A stretch of DNA of 64,000 bases, taken from NCBI GenBank assembly GCA_965153285.1, contig OZ229115.1; one strand, written 5' to 3'. This DNA comes from Podarcis tiliguerta. Its lineage: Eukaryota. Below, piece after piece: positions 50,121 to 62,756 of the stretch. The notes below the pieces were generated by a model, which was given only the letters and a program-made list of their open reading frames with translations, made no database searches and was not told where the DNA came from. Positions within the stretch are counted from its first letter, which is position 1. Every line of letters starts with the position of its first letter. Made by a program: the position numbers and the translations under genes.

Positions 50121-53100
50121 AAGCAGTATCATACCACTCATGGGGAGCATAGTTGTTAAGGGTGCTGAGAGTTGTTAGAAGACCCCAGTCTTCTCACAGA
50201 TTACTCCAGAGTGTTTTAACAGTCAATCCCTCTTCCTGGAGAATTCTGAGAATTATAGTTCTATGAGGGCATTAGAATCCTGAGAAAGAATGTGTCCCAT
50301 CAAACAGCAAATAAAATCTAGCTCTTAAAGGAGCAAGGTTCTAGGCTAGGCCTCTAGATGCAATGCACTTTATTGTTTTTAATGAATTTTTGTTGCTTTC
50401 TTTTACTGAAGGAAACATTTTTTAGAAAATAGTACAGGTTGAAGTGGGCTGGCTGCAGGTTCACGACCCTTTAGACAGGTTGTTCTCAATGTTGCATGCA
50501 GCGGTACAGAAAGGGACACTGTCCCTGCCCACCTGAAGCTGCCAGCCTATGAAAACTAGGCTGAAGTTCTTGCTCAGGTTCAGCTTCTTGCATTTACTTT
50601 CAAATGCCTTCTGGTTCATGGTATTCTCCTTTTTCTATATGCTGTCTCCTTGCCCTTCCCTGAAACCTAGCACCAGTAGAGGAAAAATGAAAATGAAATG
50701 AAAACCATCATCGCTGTTCTCATCCATGCCTCATTCTCTCTCATTACTCCTTATCTCTGAGTTGCCTTCCCACCTGGTATCTGGCTCTCATCTACTACTA
50801 TATTCAAGCAATAATTGAATCAGGAGGCAGAGAAAACTACAATCCCTTATTTCCAGGTATGAACTCTCAGAAGCTTCATTTCCAATTAAGGAGAACCCTC
50901 CCTTGACTCTAGCAAGACCTCTGCATCATGATACTCCCATAAGCCTCCTAACACCCCACTCTCTCTTTTATATTGATGGTGCCATTTTGGCTACAGAAAC
51001 AATGGCCTGAATGTCAGAAATAGATGGAATGATGCCAAAAACAAGTTAGGTTGCAAGTCACACATACATTTAAGGAATGACACCAGAAGTGGATTTAGGG
51101 GAGCACATCTGGTTTACCTGCACTGGGCGCTGAGCAGAGAGGGCACTGTAGGGGGTGCTGAAACAATGACTTAGAATGGAAGGCGAGAAGTGGGGTGGCA
51201 TTGAATGTTGGTGTTACAAAAGGCACTCTTGAAATTTGAAAGCCCAAATCCACCACTGATGACACCGTCATTTCACCACATGTCAAACAGTACAGATTGG
51301 TCACTGCTTGGTCACTCTCCATCCCATTTTGAGTCACCCTTTGCTGTAATGTGCCATTATGAAATTCATGAAAATTCCGGAAAATTGTGTAGACAAAATT
51401 TTTTTATGTATGGTTATGTATTGTTTCTATTTCTTTTTTTTCTATTCATTTTTTTTGTAACATTTAATAATAATAAAAAAGAAATGCATGACAATAACTG
51501 CTAGGGGCTTTCTGTAATTCACAGCTCTAGTTTACGCATAAGCAGGATTGTGGAAACACACAATTCAAGCAGCTGGTAACAACAACACTCTTTATTATCC
51601 ACTTACAGGTGGAGCTTTCTTTTGGTTGTTTGCTGGCTCACACAGCAAGCCACTACAAAAAAACCCCTTGGGACAAACTAGGGCTGACCATTACAGAACC
51701 CGAGTGGTTGTTTTCTTACATTGCACCATGACACATTACAACAACCTTGGATTCCAAGGGATGTAGGTCTGCCTTGAAATAGGACAAATGTGAGGCAGTC
51801 TTCATTTCAAACAGCTCATTTGGTGTCTCCTACATCCATCTGTAGTGATAGCTAATGGGCCCACTTTTTTCTGTTCTTGTTTGACCTCCTCTGTCCAGGT
51901 CTGACAGCTGCACCTCAAGGAGGGTATAGCCACATTAATTCAGAGGAGGATAACAAAGATGGTTAGAGATGTGGACCATCTCTCCCAAAGCTGATATGAA
52001 GAGGATTGTGCTCTAAGTCTCTTACAATCAGGACAGTTCTTCCACCACCCCTTACATTACAGATATCTAGGTTCCTGCCATGAAGGGGAAAGACAGAATA
52101 GCACATAGTAACCCTCACACTTGTTGGGGTTAGGGAAGTGGCAGGGCCACAGGTACTGACACATCCACAGCCCTGCAGCTTATGACAGTTGCAGCTAAAG
52201 GTGTGGGGGAGAATGATTTGGTGTGATGTTATTGCCATTATGTGACAGCACTGAGACCAGCTCAGGATTCAGCAGATCCTGTGCTGGCTCAGCTGCACCA
52301 CTTCTTGTCCTTGGAATGCCCCATTTCAGGGGTTTCCAAAGGCTCCCACCCACACATTTGTCAATTGGCTGAGTCAGGAGAGCTGGGTGGAGGGACATAT
52401 CTGCATAATCCACCCACCCAGCCTGGTGTTAAGATTTGCCTCATATAAACCTATACAAAGCAATGAATTCCATCATGTAATAGGCAGCGTTCCCTCCAGA
52501 TTTATAAATTCAAAGGGAAATAAACAACCCTATCTTAGATGTTAAGTGCATAGGAAACAGGAAGGGAATTACACTAAAATCCTGAAAGTCTACTACGTTG
52601 TCTATAATAAATTGTTCCTAAACTACTTATGCCCAACTACTGTGACACCACGCTGGGTTTCTCTCAAGCATAATTTGTTCACTCACAAAAACAGATGAAA
52701 TATCTCGCTATCCATGAAATACTTTCTCCGACAATGTATTTACAAAATATAAAAAAGAGAGATCCTAATGACACAATCTTTCACTGTACTCCACAGTCTT
52801 CTGTAGATACTTCTAAGTTTGTTAAATGAATATTATTTTAAAATAAAATTCTAGTTTTACTGCTCTCCGGGGTTTGCCATGGTCAGGGAAATCAGATGGG
52901 TCTGGCATCTACATTTGTACAACCACGTTCCTGTGTGAGGCCCTTAATTTGCCCCAGTGGGCAAGAGAATGGTGACCAGAGGCTGAAATCAATTAGGAAA
53001 ATTTTGTTTATAAGACAACAGCAGAAGACTAGGGGGATGCATTTTAGTTTATGAAAGATGTAAGCGGGATCTGCAAATAATAGCAAAGGAGAATCAAAAG

Positions 53101-55018
53101 CACTCTTTTCTACACAAATTAATCCCAGGAAATGAAAACATAATGAACAATATATGCAGGCAAAAGAGAGGGGGGAAAACCATATTCTGTCATTGCTGTC
53201 TGCTTCTAGGTGCCAGGCAAAAACATTTTTATTTACCCAAGCTTATGGCTTTTAATTGGGAGATAGTTAGATATGCTGATGGCCTTTGTCATGCTCATCC
53301 TTTAAGTGGGGTGCGTAGGACTTGTTCCTTTCAAATATATTGTCAGATGAGCCTTCTAGTTTTGGCTTATTGCTGTTTTTATCTGATTTTAATGTCTTCA
53401 TTGTTTTATTTTTACCGCATAGGTCACTTTGAAGCACTTCAGTGCAAAAATGTGCCTAATTATTATTAATTAATTAATCTGCATTCCGCACATCAGCCGG
53501 CATCATACGCCACTGAATGTGCCCTTACAGGGAGCTGTAATCCTTGTTCCCTGGTACCTGTGTGAAGCATGGTTGATGTTTCCAATCATGCATTTCTCTT
53601 ACACACACCCTTTCTGTTTAGATATGCATTATCTGTACACTGAAAAAGCATTATCCACGAAGTGATGTCCAAGCTGTAATCCTAGGTACTCTTATGCAGG
53701 GGGGAAAGGAATCAACTTAACTCAGGGTCAGTTCACATGGGATTCTTTGAACCAACACATGTGCCGCCAGTTGGCTGCAACAGCTAGTTGTTGTAATATC
53801 TGTTAGAGAAAGTCAGAGAATCTCACACTGCGTCTCTTGGAAGTGCCACCACCACTGCTGCTACTGTAGCTTGTTGGGCTTTTCCAGGCAGCAGAGAAGG
53901 AAGACAAGGAAATCTCAGTGAAGGTGTAACAAGGATTAAGACCACCTGAGCACTTAAACAGCAAAGCAGGCTACTGAAGACCAGTCTAGGTGTGACATTA
54001 AACACACCTTTGCTGCTAAAATGAAATTTTAAAAGATGTAAATAGCAGGCCCTTGGGATGACAGCTGATAGTTATGGAGGTAAGGTAAACATTGTCTCCC
54101 TTGCTATTGGTTTTGGCAAAAAATAATGCGGCCATTTGCATTGTGCTGAAAATTGAAGCTACTTGGAATGAACTGTTTCTGTTGAACAAATCTCTGAACA
54201 CCTGAAAGTAATTCCCATAATTGCTGGGCGCAGTGCTTTTCTTCTAGAAAAAAAGGTGTTGGTACTGCATACCCTTGAGGACCCCCAGAATAAAAGAATG
54301 GGCTGGGTGAGCTAAAGAATAATTAAGTTCAATTTGGGGTAGAACTAAAGTTAAAGTTCATGTTCATTCCATTCCCCACTCCCACCAGCAAGAGTTCCAG
54401 ATGCTTCACTTTTGTTTAAGTCAATCAAACATCAATACAGCAAGTTAGAAAGCAAAATATGAAGGCAGTGTTCAAAGGTTTATTAGGCAGATTAGAAGGA
54501 AAAAATGGAAGACATTTCCTGTATCTTCTCTACTGAAGAGATTCTTTCCCAAAACCAAGGTAAAACACTTAGACCCCATCTACACTACACATTCAAAGCA
54601 GTAGCATACCATTTTTGAATCTTCCAAAAAATCCCAGAAACTGTGGTTTGCTAAGGGTGCTGAGAGTTGTTAAGAGACCCCTCCTGTGTAATTTACATGA
54701 AGAAGAAGCCACCCATGCAAATTGGTAGGAATTCACTCTATGTAGAATTCTCAGAGTTAGCCAAAGACATTTTGCTGCCTGAGGCAAATGGTTCCTTCAC
54801 CCCATTCCTTGTACAAAAGCCAACTAGATTAGTAGCTGAATCTTACTTCAGTACAGGACAGTCTCCTTCTCTTCTCCTTAAGGCAGCAGGCTTAGGGGCA
54901 CACAGCAGGCTGCATGGACACCCGCTCCCTGCAGCTGCTTCACTCCAATGGTAGGGCTGGCCCTGAATGATCTTCAAGGGAGCAGCACTGCACTTTGAAG
55001 ACATATGGGTTAGGCTCT

Positions 55019-55252
55019 TCCTGAAGCTGAGGTTCCAATACTTTGGCCACCTCATGAGAAGAGAAGACTCCCTGGAAAAGACCCTGATGTTGGGAAAGAT
55101 TGAGGGCACAAGGAGAAGGGGACGACAGATGGTTGGACAATGTTCTTGAAGCTACGAACATGAGTTTGACCAAGCTGCGGGAGGCAGTAGAAGACAGGAG
55201 TGCCTGGCATTCTCTGCTCCATGGGGTCAACGACTAAACAACAACAACAACA
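55019..55252 (+). mobile_element. BovB LINE, 5'-truncated 3' fragment
   Basis: KLRFQYFGHLMRREDSLEKTLMLGK; (CAA)n tail; perfect 11-bp TSD GGTTAGGCTCT at 55008-55018 and 55253-55263. Confidence 0.95.
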
Positions 55253-56465
55253 GGTTAGGCTCTGGGAGGAAAAGACCCAATCTGTATACTACTGCTTGAC
55301 TCAGTGAAGTTAAACAAGCAAACGCCATCTATCCATGCATGTCTTTTGACAGGGAGATAATAAAAGCAGCACTGAAGCAACAATGTCAGGAAGAATGTTC
55401 AAGAAATGAAAAGAAACTCCAGACTGTGAATATGAACAATGTCAACTCTACAGTACTATTGTAATAGGAAGCTAAAGGAAAAATAGCAAAGAGACGGTTC
55501 AATCATGGGCAGAAAATGAATAATGGGTTCATTAGATGCCAATTGATTGATAAAGCTCCATTTATTGAAAGGTCTAATACATGTAGCCAAAATTAGTTTG
55601 TGATGTAATTAAGTAAAAAATTACTTAAGCGAATGCATACTTAATTATCTTCGTACAGCCAACTTGTTAGAAATTTCAAGCATTTAATTGCCATTTGATA
55701 GAATAGCTATAGCAAGCTAATTAGGTTTCAAATTACGGAATGTGTTAATTGATATTAAATAAGTATGTGAATTGGTATCTAGCTAGCCAGTAAGCTATGG
55801 TTATTCCAGAAAGTGCCAATTAAGAACCTAAAGGTCTTTTTCCAAATAGATATTAAATGTAATGCATTAAGGATGTAATTTTCAGCATCTAATTGTTGAT
55901 CATAACTTATTTGCTGTCTGTATATGCAACTGCAATTTGCAAGCTGGTGTGTACAATGGAAAGGTCTTCTTAATGTACAGAAGACAGATGCTATTCTGCT
56001 GAGCTAGGTTGAGCTCTTGGCTGCATGCACAATTTGTTGTTTTTCAGGGTAGATTGTGGGGGTTTGGATTTCTGAAGAATCCTTATACATCAGTTAAAGT
56101 GTCAATTCACAAAGGCAAAGGCTGTGTTAAGAATTATAGAATTGTAGAGTTGGAATGTGGGTTAAAGTTAATCCATGCGGAAATCATCACATAGCGTCAG
56201 GTAAATTTTCACTATGTGTTGAGCCTGAAAGTTGCTGAAAACAAGTTAAGCAGTGGCACATGCAGGACCCGCAGTAAAAAAGAAACCTCTTACAATGTGG
56301 AGTTCTGTTCCCTGTTCCAGTCAGCCAGCCATGTCCACCTCCACTTGTTTTTCCAGCCCCAGCCCCCAGAATAATCAGCAAACATTCCACAGCTTCTGAG
56401 CATGTCTTATTCCTGATTGGGGTCCCCACCCCTTGGGGATTTCTTGTACTTTTACAACCTTAGGG

Positions 56466-56468
<3 letters not shown>

Positions 56469-56500
<32 letters not shown>
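56469..56500. repeat. (AC)n microsatellite
   Basis: Direct reading of the sequence. Confidence 0.97.
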
Positions 56501-56501
<1 letters not shown>

Positions 56502-58159
56502 ATCTGTAAGACCTCTTTTTTGCGTGTACATGGTAAAATTTTGGCAAATAAGTGAATGTGTTCACAACCTAAACATCAGAAATAGAAGGAATGATGTCAA
56601 AAGCAAGCTGGCTCGCAAGCCATGCACATAGTTAAATAGTGATTCCTTCCACATGCCAAATTGGGTGCATCCATTCAACAATATTAGATTAAAGACGTTT
56701 GTGTGCTGCATTTCCAGACAATAAATTGTGTTCAAGGTGGCTCCCAAAATATACAAAGTTGTCAACAGCAATGCATAACCATTTTAGATTAGGGACCTGT
56801 GGACTGGGTGGATGAAGACGGACTTCTCTGTACAAAGGTATGAAACTTTTATCAGTATGTGCCAAAAATATCCCGCTTTTAAGTAATATTTTATTCACGT
56901 TCCCATACACAGATAAAAAGGTACAAAGTCACATTTACCTGGGATTTAATTAACAATGCAGTTAGTGTTTCAGAACACATTACAGCCATCAATTAAGATT
57001 AGAAAGTTTGTGCCAACATTTCGATTCTTTGACTGGATAAAATGACAAGTATTACCTTCCCCAGTTATGAAACATAACAGACTGTCTCCAACTATTCTTT
57101 GTATGAGGGCATTGCTTTAATTTTCAAAAACTGCCAGTATTGATTGATGAATAATAAGTTCATGATGAATATTAATAAGTTCATAACAAAATCAATTTCC
57201 AGAGGAACTTTTTTTGCATTGAAATCAACAAGCCTTGTAGCACCTAAAAGTTTATGGCTTAAACTTTTTGTGATCCATTAAGTGTTGACCCAAGCAACAG
57301 CATAGTTGAAATGTTCCCCCACTGGTTTTTGAATATTGTCATTTCTAATTTCTTATTTGTGTCCCTTTATTCTTTTGTATAACAAAATCATTTACTTTTG
57401 CACTTACAGTATCTTTTAAGCAGCACAAGAGAACCAACACCTAATCTTTTTTCCAGTCCACGGCTCAGAATATGATTTCTAACACATCATCCCAAAATTT
57501 CTTAACTCCCATCTATGCAGCATTTAATAGATTTCTCCAACAAGAAAAAGCTTTTTGTTCTAAGCATTAGCCCAGTTTCCACATCAATTAATGTTTAACT
57601 GTGAACACTCCAATCTGGACTGTTTTGACCATACCTACTAGCATGTGGAGGAAATGAAATACAATCCTTGGCGTAGCATTTTGCATCAACCAGGGATCAT
57701 GGTTTGTTTCATTCAAACAAACCATGATGTGCGAATGCAGCCCCAGTGTTTTGCTGTCCAAGTGTTGTAAACTATGTCTAAATTGCCCTGTATTTGTTGG
57801 GTGTCTGCTGTGTGTGCCATGGAAGCTTTGTCAAGTGGTGAAGCTCACCACAGAAATCAGCTGCTTCTAAGAGTTGTCTTTATTAGACCAACACAAACAT
57901 ACACCACTATATACACACACTAATTACAGATGTTACAAGTAGTCGTCACTCTCTGAGCCCAGAGAAGGTTATTTGCTTCAAATTCCTTGCTGTGGCATGT
58001 AACAAAGTACACACACATATACACACCTGTATAGATATTTAAAATTACAGGATATTGTGATTTTGATTGGAAGTGTATGTTTCTAAAGTAGTGGTAATTA
58101 CTCAGTGCCATACTATCTATATTCTTCACCTCACAGTGTTTCAGATATTTACAAGAGTA

Positions 58160-58398
58160 CAGTGGTACCTCAGGTTAAGTACTTAATTCATTCTGGAGGT
58201 CCGTTCTTAACCTGAAACTGTTCTGAACCTGAAGCACCACTTTAGCTAATGGGGCTTCCTGCTGCCACACCGCCGGAGCACGATTTCTGTTCTCATCCTG
58301 AAACAAAGTTCTTAACCTGAGGTAATATTTCTGGGTTAGCAGAGTCTGTAACCTGAAGCGTATGTAACCTGAAGCGTATGTAACCAGAGGTACTACTG
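58160..58398 (+). mobile_element. Tc1/mariner (Tigger/pogo-like) MITE, family A
   Basis: Same family with TA TSD; carries an extra TGTAACCTGAAGCGTA unit. Confidence 0.92.
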
Positions 58399-60745
58399 TA
58401 CACATAAATCTTGAACCTCCCGTAGGGAAATGGGAAGAGAAACATGGTGAAATTTTGACTGAAAACATGGTTTGTGATGGTAAATGGGGTGGCTACTTTT
58501 GCTTCACAAAGGAGTACAAAAGAGGGAGTATCTGTGCACAAAATTAGGGGGGCATACTGTAATTTAAAGAAAAATGTATCTCATCAATGTGGGAAGTAGG
58601 AATGGGGGAGATATTTGGTTCAGTTAACATTGCAAGGTGAATCTAACTTAATACACATATTCTGAAACTACATACTGGTAAATTTTGAAGTGCAGGAGCT
58701 TGTCACATCTGTCCCCAGAGTCATATCCCACCACCAGAGCTACATTTCCAAGAATAATTGAGAATGATCTAATAAAGGGTGGGATAGTGGTTAGCATGTT
58801 GAACTTTGTTGCTTGGGTTCAGTTCCATCATCAGCCATGAAGTTCACTGAGCAACCTTGGGCCAGTCACTGTCTGAGCCAACCTACTTTTATTAATATTA
58901 TTATTATTTGTAAGTTTAACAAAGGGATTTTGTTCCAGGCCAGACCTGTCCTCCAAACTCCAAAGCTTACAACACTTGCAAATAAAGTTCCAGCAGAATA
59001 CACAATCACTCCTGCTGTGAAAAAAGTACGAGCTGAGCTTCCCCTCCGCTTCTGCTTCACTACACTACTCTTGAAGTGGGTTTGTGGTGTCTGAGAATGG
59101 ATCTAGGCAATGGAGATGCTGTGGTGATTCATTTTCAAGAGCTGACCTCAGGCTCCAGAGAAGTTATAGAACAAAACTCAGAAGCCAACCTCTTCATACC
59201 AAACCACGAAATTTTATAGGCTTTCATTTGACTATCATAACCTTTAAAAATCTCTCTGTGACCTAAATCAACCTGGTGGATATTTTACAGCCTCATTCTT
59301 TCAAATCAGGTCCACAATGTGTTTTTAAGGAAGATGTGCAGGCAGTAGCTTAAAATCTCATATCTGCCTCTGTGGGTCAGATCAAGTACATGATCTTTCT
59401 CATTATTTATTACACTGCAGTCTATATGCCAAGATAAGAAATAATATATTCTGCTTGATTTAGGTCAGGATTTCTCCCCACCCGCTTAAGAATTAGAATA
59501 ACTGCTAGAAAGCAGTTGTGTGAGAAATGCATTCATCTTTTTGCCCAGGTAGCTTGCAATGCTAAAGTGCTGTATAGAATCTGAGTTTTGGATTAGAGAG
59601 TTTTGCCTTATTGCCTTTGGATAGATTTCTCAGTTACCAGGCCCAATTGCTCAACCCTGGTTAGACCCTGATCTTACTTTTGCCCTCCACCTTCAAAACA
59701 GTCCTCTTTCATTACTGATCGTCAACCTTGGTCTCAAACATAAGGCCACTTATGTTTTACTTACCTCCTAGAGGGCTGTGGACTCAGTCTCTCCAGTACT
59801 ACAACAAACATCTCCCATGCATTATGCCCACACATGTCTAATCATGGAAATTTTGGTGAGTGAGGTAGTGTGGATGATAAATGTCCATGTCTAGACAGAT
59901 GTAGGCATAATGCAGGAAGCTGCAATTAACTATAGTTTCTCATTATATGTGAACTAAAAGCTATATTAATGACTTTCAATCAAGCCAAGATCTGAAAGAC
60001 AACTTGAAACTATGGCTTCATATCCTAGCTTGTTGGGAAGCCATTAGCCATAGTTTCCCAGTTTATATGTAACAAGAAACTATGGTTAGCTGTGGTTTCC
60101 TGGGGAGAAATTCAGCGTCACATTTTTCTTATTCTCCTGTGAGTGCAAGTGTTTCAGATTGCCAGACGGAACATTCACACTTGTCCTCCTCCCACACATT
60201 TTTCTGGGGGTTCTTCCAACCTCCCCAGAGTCAATTTTTGTGGGGCCACAGGGAAAGGAGATGGGGAAGATCCCACTACATCAGTCAAAGTCCTTGCAAA
60301 AGGCTTCTGCTGATAGAACTCATCAGGTTAATCATCCCATCCCTGATTTGTTTAATCACTCAAGCAAAAGGGTTACATGTGGGTGTAGAGAGCACAATAC
60401 ACAGCAGGAGCATTTTTAGGGGTCTGAGACCTGGGCTGTTGTTTTTTTGCTGAGCCCCAATCTCCTGCTCCCTCCCCCCTTTATTTCACTTACAGGATGA
60501 TTGGACACACTACAAAGTGCAGTTAGTAAGACTCTAGCCACTCAACATCTTAATTTGCCCCAGCAGCACTTATGTTTAGCCTTATAATGTAAATCAGCAG
60601 TTGTACTTGCCAATGAGTGAGATGGAGGGCCCAATCCACATACAGCGAACTAGGCCCAGAAAATCTTGTTGCCACCCCAAAGCTCAGGGTCACTCCTGAC
60701 AGCCAGTGTTTTCCCCCACCCTCTGAAAGTCAGTTTAGATTTACA

Positions 60746-60888
60746 TTGTTGTTGTTGCTGTTGCTGTTGTTGTTGTTGTTTATACCCTGCCCACCTGGCT
60801 GGGTTTCCCCAGCCACTCTGGGTGGCTCCCAACAAAATATTAAAAACACAATAAAACACCAAACATTAAAAACTTCCCTAAACAGGGA
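60746..60888 (-). mobile_element. L2-clade LINE 3' end
   Basis: TTTATACCCTGCCCACCTGGCTGGGTTTCCCCAGCCACTCTGGGTGGC matches 47899-47947; the tail is (TTG/CTG)n. Confidence 0.85.
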
Positions 60889-62452
60889 ATATGCATATTT
60901 ATACATATACATTCTTATATGAAAATTGTATGCACGTGTGTGCCATGGGCTTGTTTCTGGAGTCTTCTGAGTATCCAGAAATGCCACTGGTGCATATTCT
61001 GGCTTATTTAGCTAAGGGCATCTAGTTGGCTACTGCGAGAACAGAATGTTGGACTTGGTGGTCTGATCCTATAAGACTCATCTTATGCTCTTAGGCTAAT
61101 ATTTGATTGTGCAAAAGAGAGAGGTGAAGAGAATAAAAGGATAACTGGAAGCAGCTAACAGAGGAGAGGAGGAGGAGGAATGAAGGAAGATTGCAGGGCA
61201 TGGTGAAAGAGATGAAGGCCTGAGCAGCGGTGATGCCAAGGGAACGTCAGATGTGAGAGGGAACTGGTGGACTGAAAGTAACTTATTCTGTGTGGGGGGG
61301 GGGGAGAGACTAGATTTTACTATCAGCAAGAAATTACAGCTAGTAAAGGAACCTTTGGTGTGGTGGTGAATTAATTAAAAAATGTTGGTTTTCTTCATGC
61401 ATTTGGTTTTCCTCGTGGTTTCTAGTGTGAGCCCCTATTACATAAGCATCTCCTCCATTCACCTGCCCCTCCTCACATACATAGCCCCGCATGTTCTGTG
61501 CCAATTCCTTCCCCTCCCCCAGCCCGTTACTTTGGATTGGATATCATGATATTAGAACAGAGACTTCTGGGATTCTCTCTTAAAATATAAAACTACACCA
61601 GGGTATACATATTCACTGATTTTCTGGATAAGCCCTAAAGTTTGCACTGTGATAAAAGAAGGTGCGCTGAATTCGCGTAGCTGTGATCTGAGTACCTGAT
61701 TTTCATAAGCTAAGCTTGAATTCAACTGAACTGAGAGGGTGGGGGGGTGGAATATGCTGCCACTCTTAACAGCAATACATTTTCAGTTACTAATAACAAT
61801 GGTTGTCATGGGAACAGCCGGTCCAGCGTGAATGTAAGGATTTGCTTTCAGGTCAGTGCTGTATTAGTCAGCAGCCTTTCACAACCTCCTTTCTTTCAAA
61901 TAGTGGAGGCCTCTGTCCAATTTACTTGCTATAGCACTTTCCATACATCAAGCATTACTGGAAATTAATTACGATGATGACAGTTGCATGTAAAAACCCT
62001 TTAAACTTTGCTCTTCATATAATTATTTGGAAAGGCATTTGAGAATTCAAAAGAAATATTCTCTATATAAACATTGCACTGCAAAACACACCCAAATATA
62101 ATCCTAAATAGGAAGAGTATAGCCAATTCTATGTCAATTGCTGATAAATGTCCAAGATGCTAGAATTATCATAGATCTGAAAAAGAGAAGGGATACTTTG
62201 ATAATCGGTTGTTCTAAATTGCTTGGATGCCTCTACATTTCTGAAACACAAATTCTTCCCGTGACCCATAGCAGCCCAAGACCAGGTTTAAATTCTCAGT
62301 GGTCTCCACGTAAATGCCTGCAAGAATATGTGGAACTGCTACCAGGTTAATGACTTGATGGGGATTGTGTGCCAAACCCCACTTGTATGAACTGGCTTCT
62401 CCATGGGACGCCTATATTTGTGACTGATATTTGCACAATTGCAGTGACTGCT

Positions 62453-62552
62453 GGCCCAAGTTCATGCAGAAAACTTCACGGCTAAGTGGGGACTTGAACT
62501 CTAGTCTGCCAAGTTCTAGTGCAACCCTCTAACCACTAGACCACACTGGTCC
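62453..62552 (-). mobile_element. MIR/CORE-like tRNA-derived SINE head
   Basis: Minus strand CCAGTGTGGTCTAGTGGTTAGAG..GAGTTCAAGTCCCC (A and B boxes); similar heads at 19560-19650 (-) and 58777-58886 (+), and a matching core/3' part at 25452-25550 (+). Confidence 0.6.
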
Positions 62553-62626
62553 TCTTTATTTAGTTTATATATTGCTGTGATCAAAGCAGTTTACAATTTA
62601 TAATAATTGCATGCAATCAAATAGAT

Positions 62627-62756
62627 CAGGCATAGGCAAACTCGGCCCTCCAGGTGTTTTAGGACTACAACTCCCATGAGCTAATAGGACCAGTGGTCAG
62701 GGATGATAGGAATTGTAGTCCTAAAACATCTGGAGGGCCGAGTTTGCCTATGCCTG
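62627..62756. mobile_element. Palindromic hAT MITE
   Basis: Perfect 27-bp TIR CAGGCATAGGCAAACTCGGCCCTCCAG; flanked by duplicated AATAGAT. Confidence 0.92.

Noticed and set aside
51131-51160. Tandem CTCF-like sites (GCAGAGAGGGCAC, CTGTAGGGGGTGCTG)
   Set aside because: Only partial consensus matches, expected by chance in 64 kb and not supportable without a PWM score or ChIP data.
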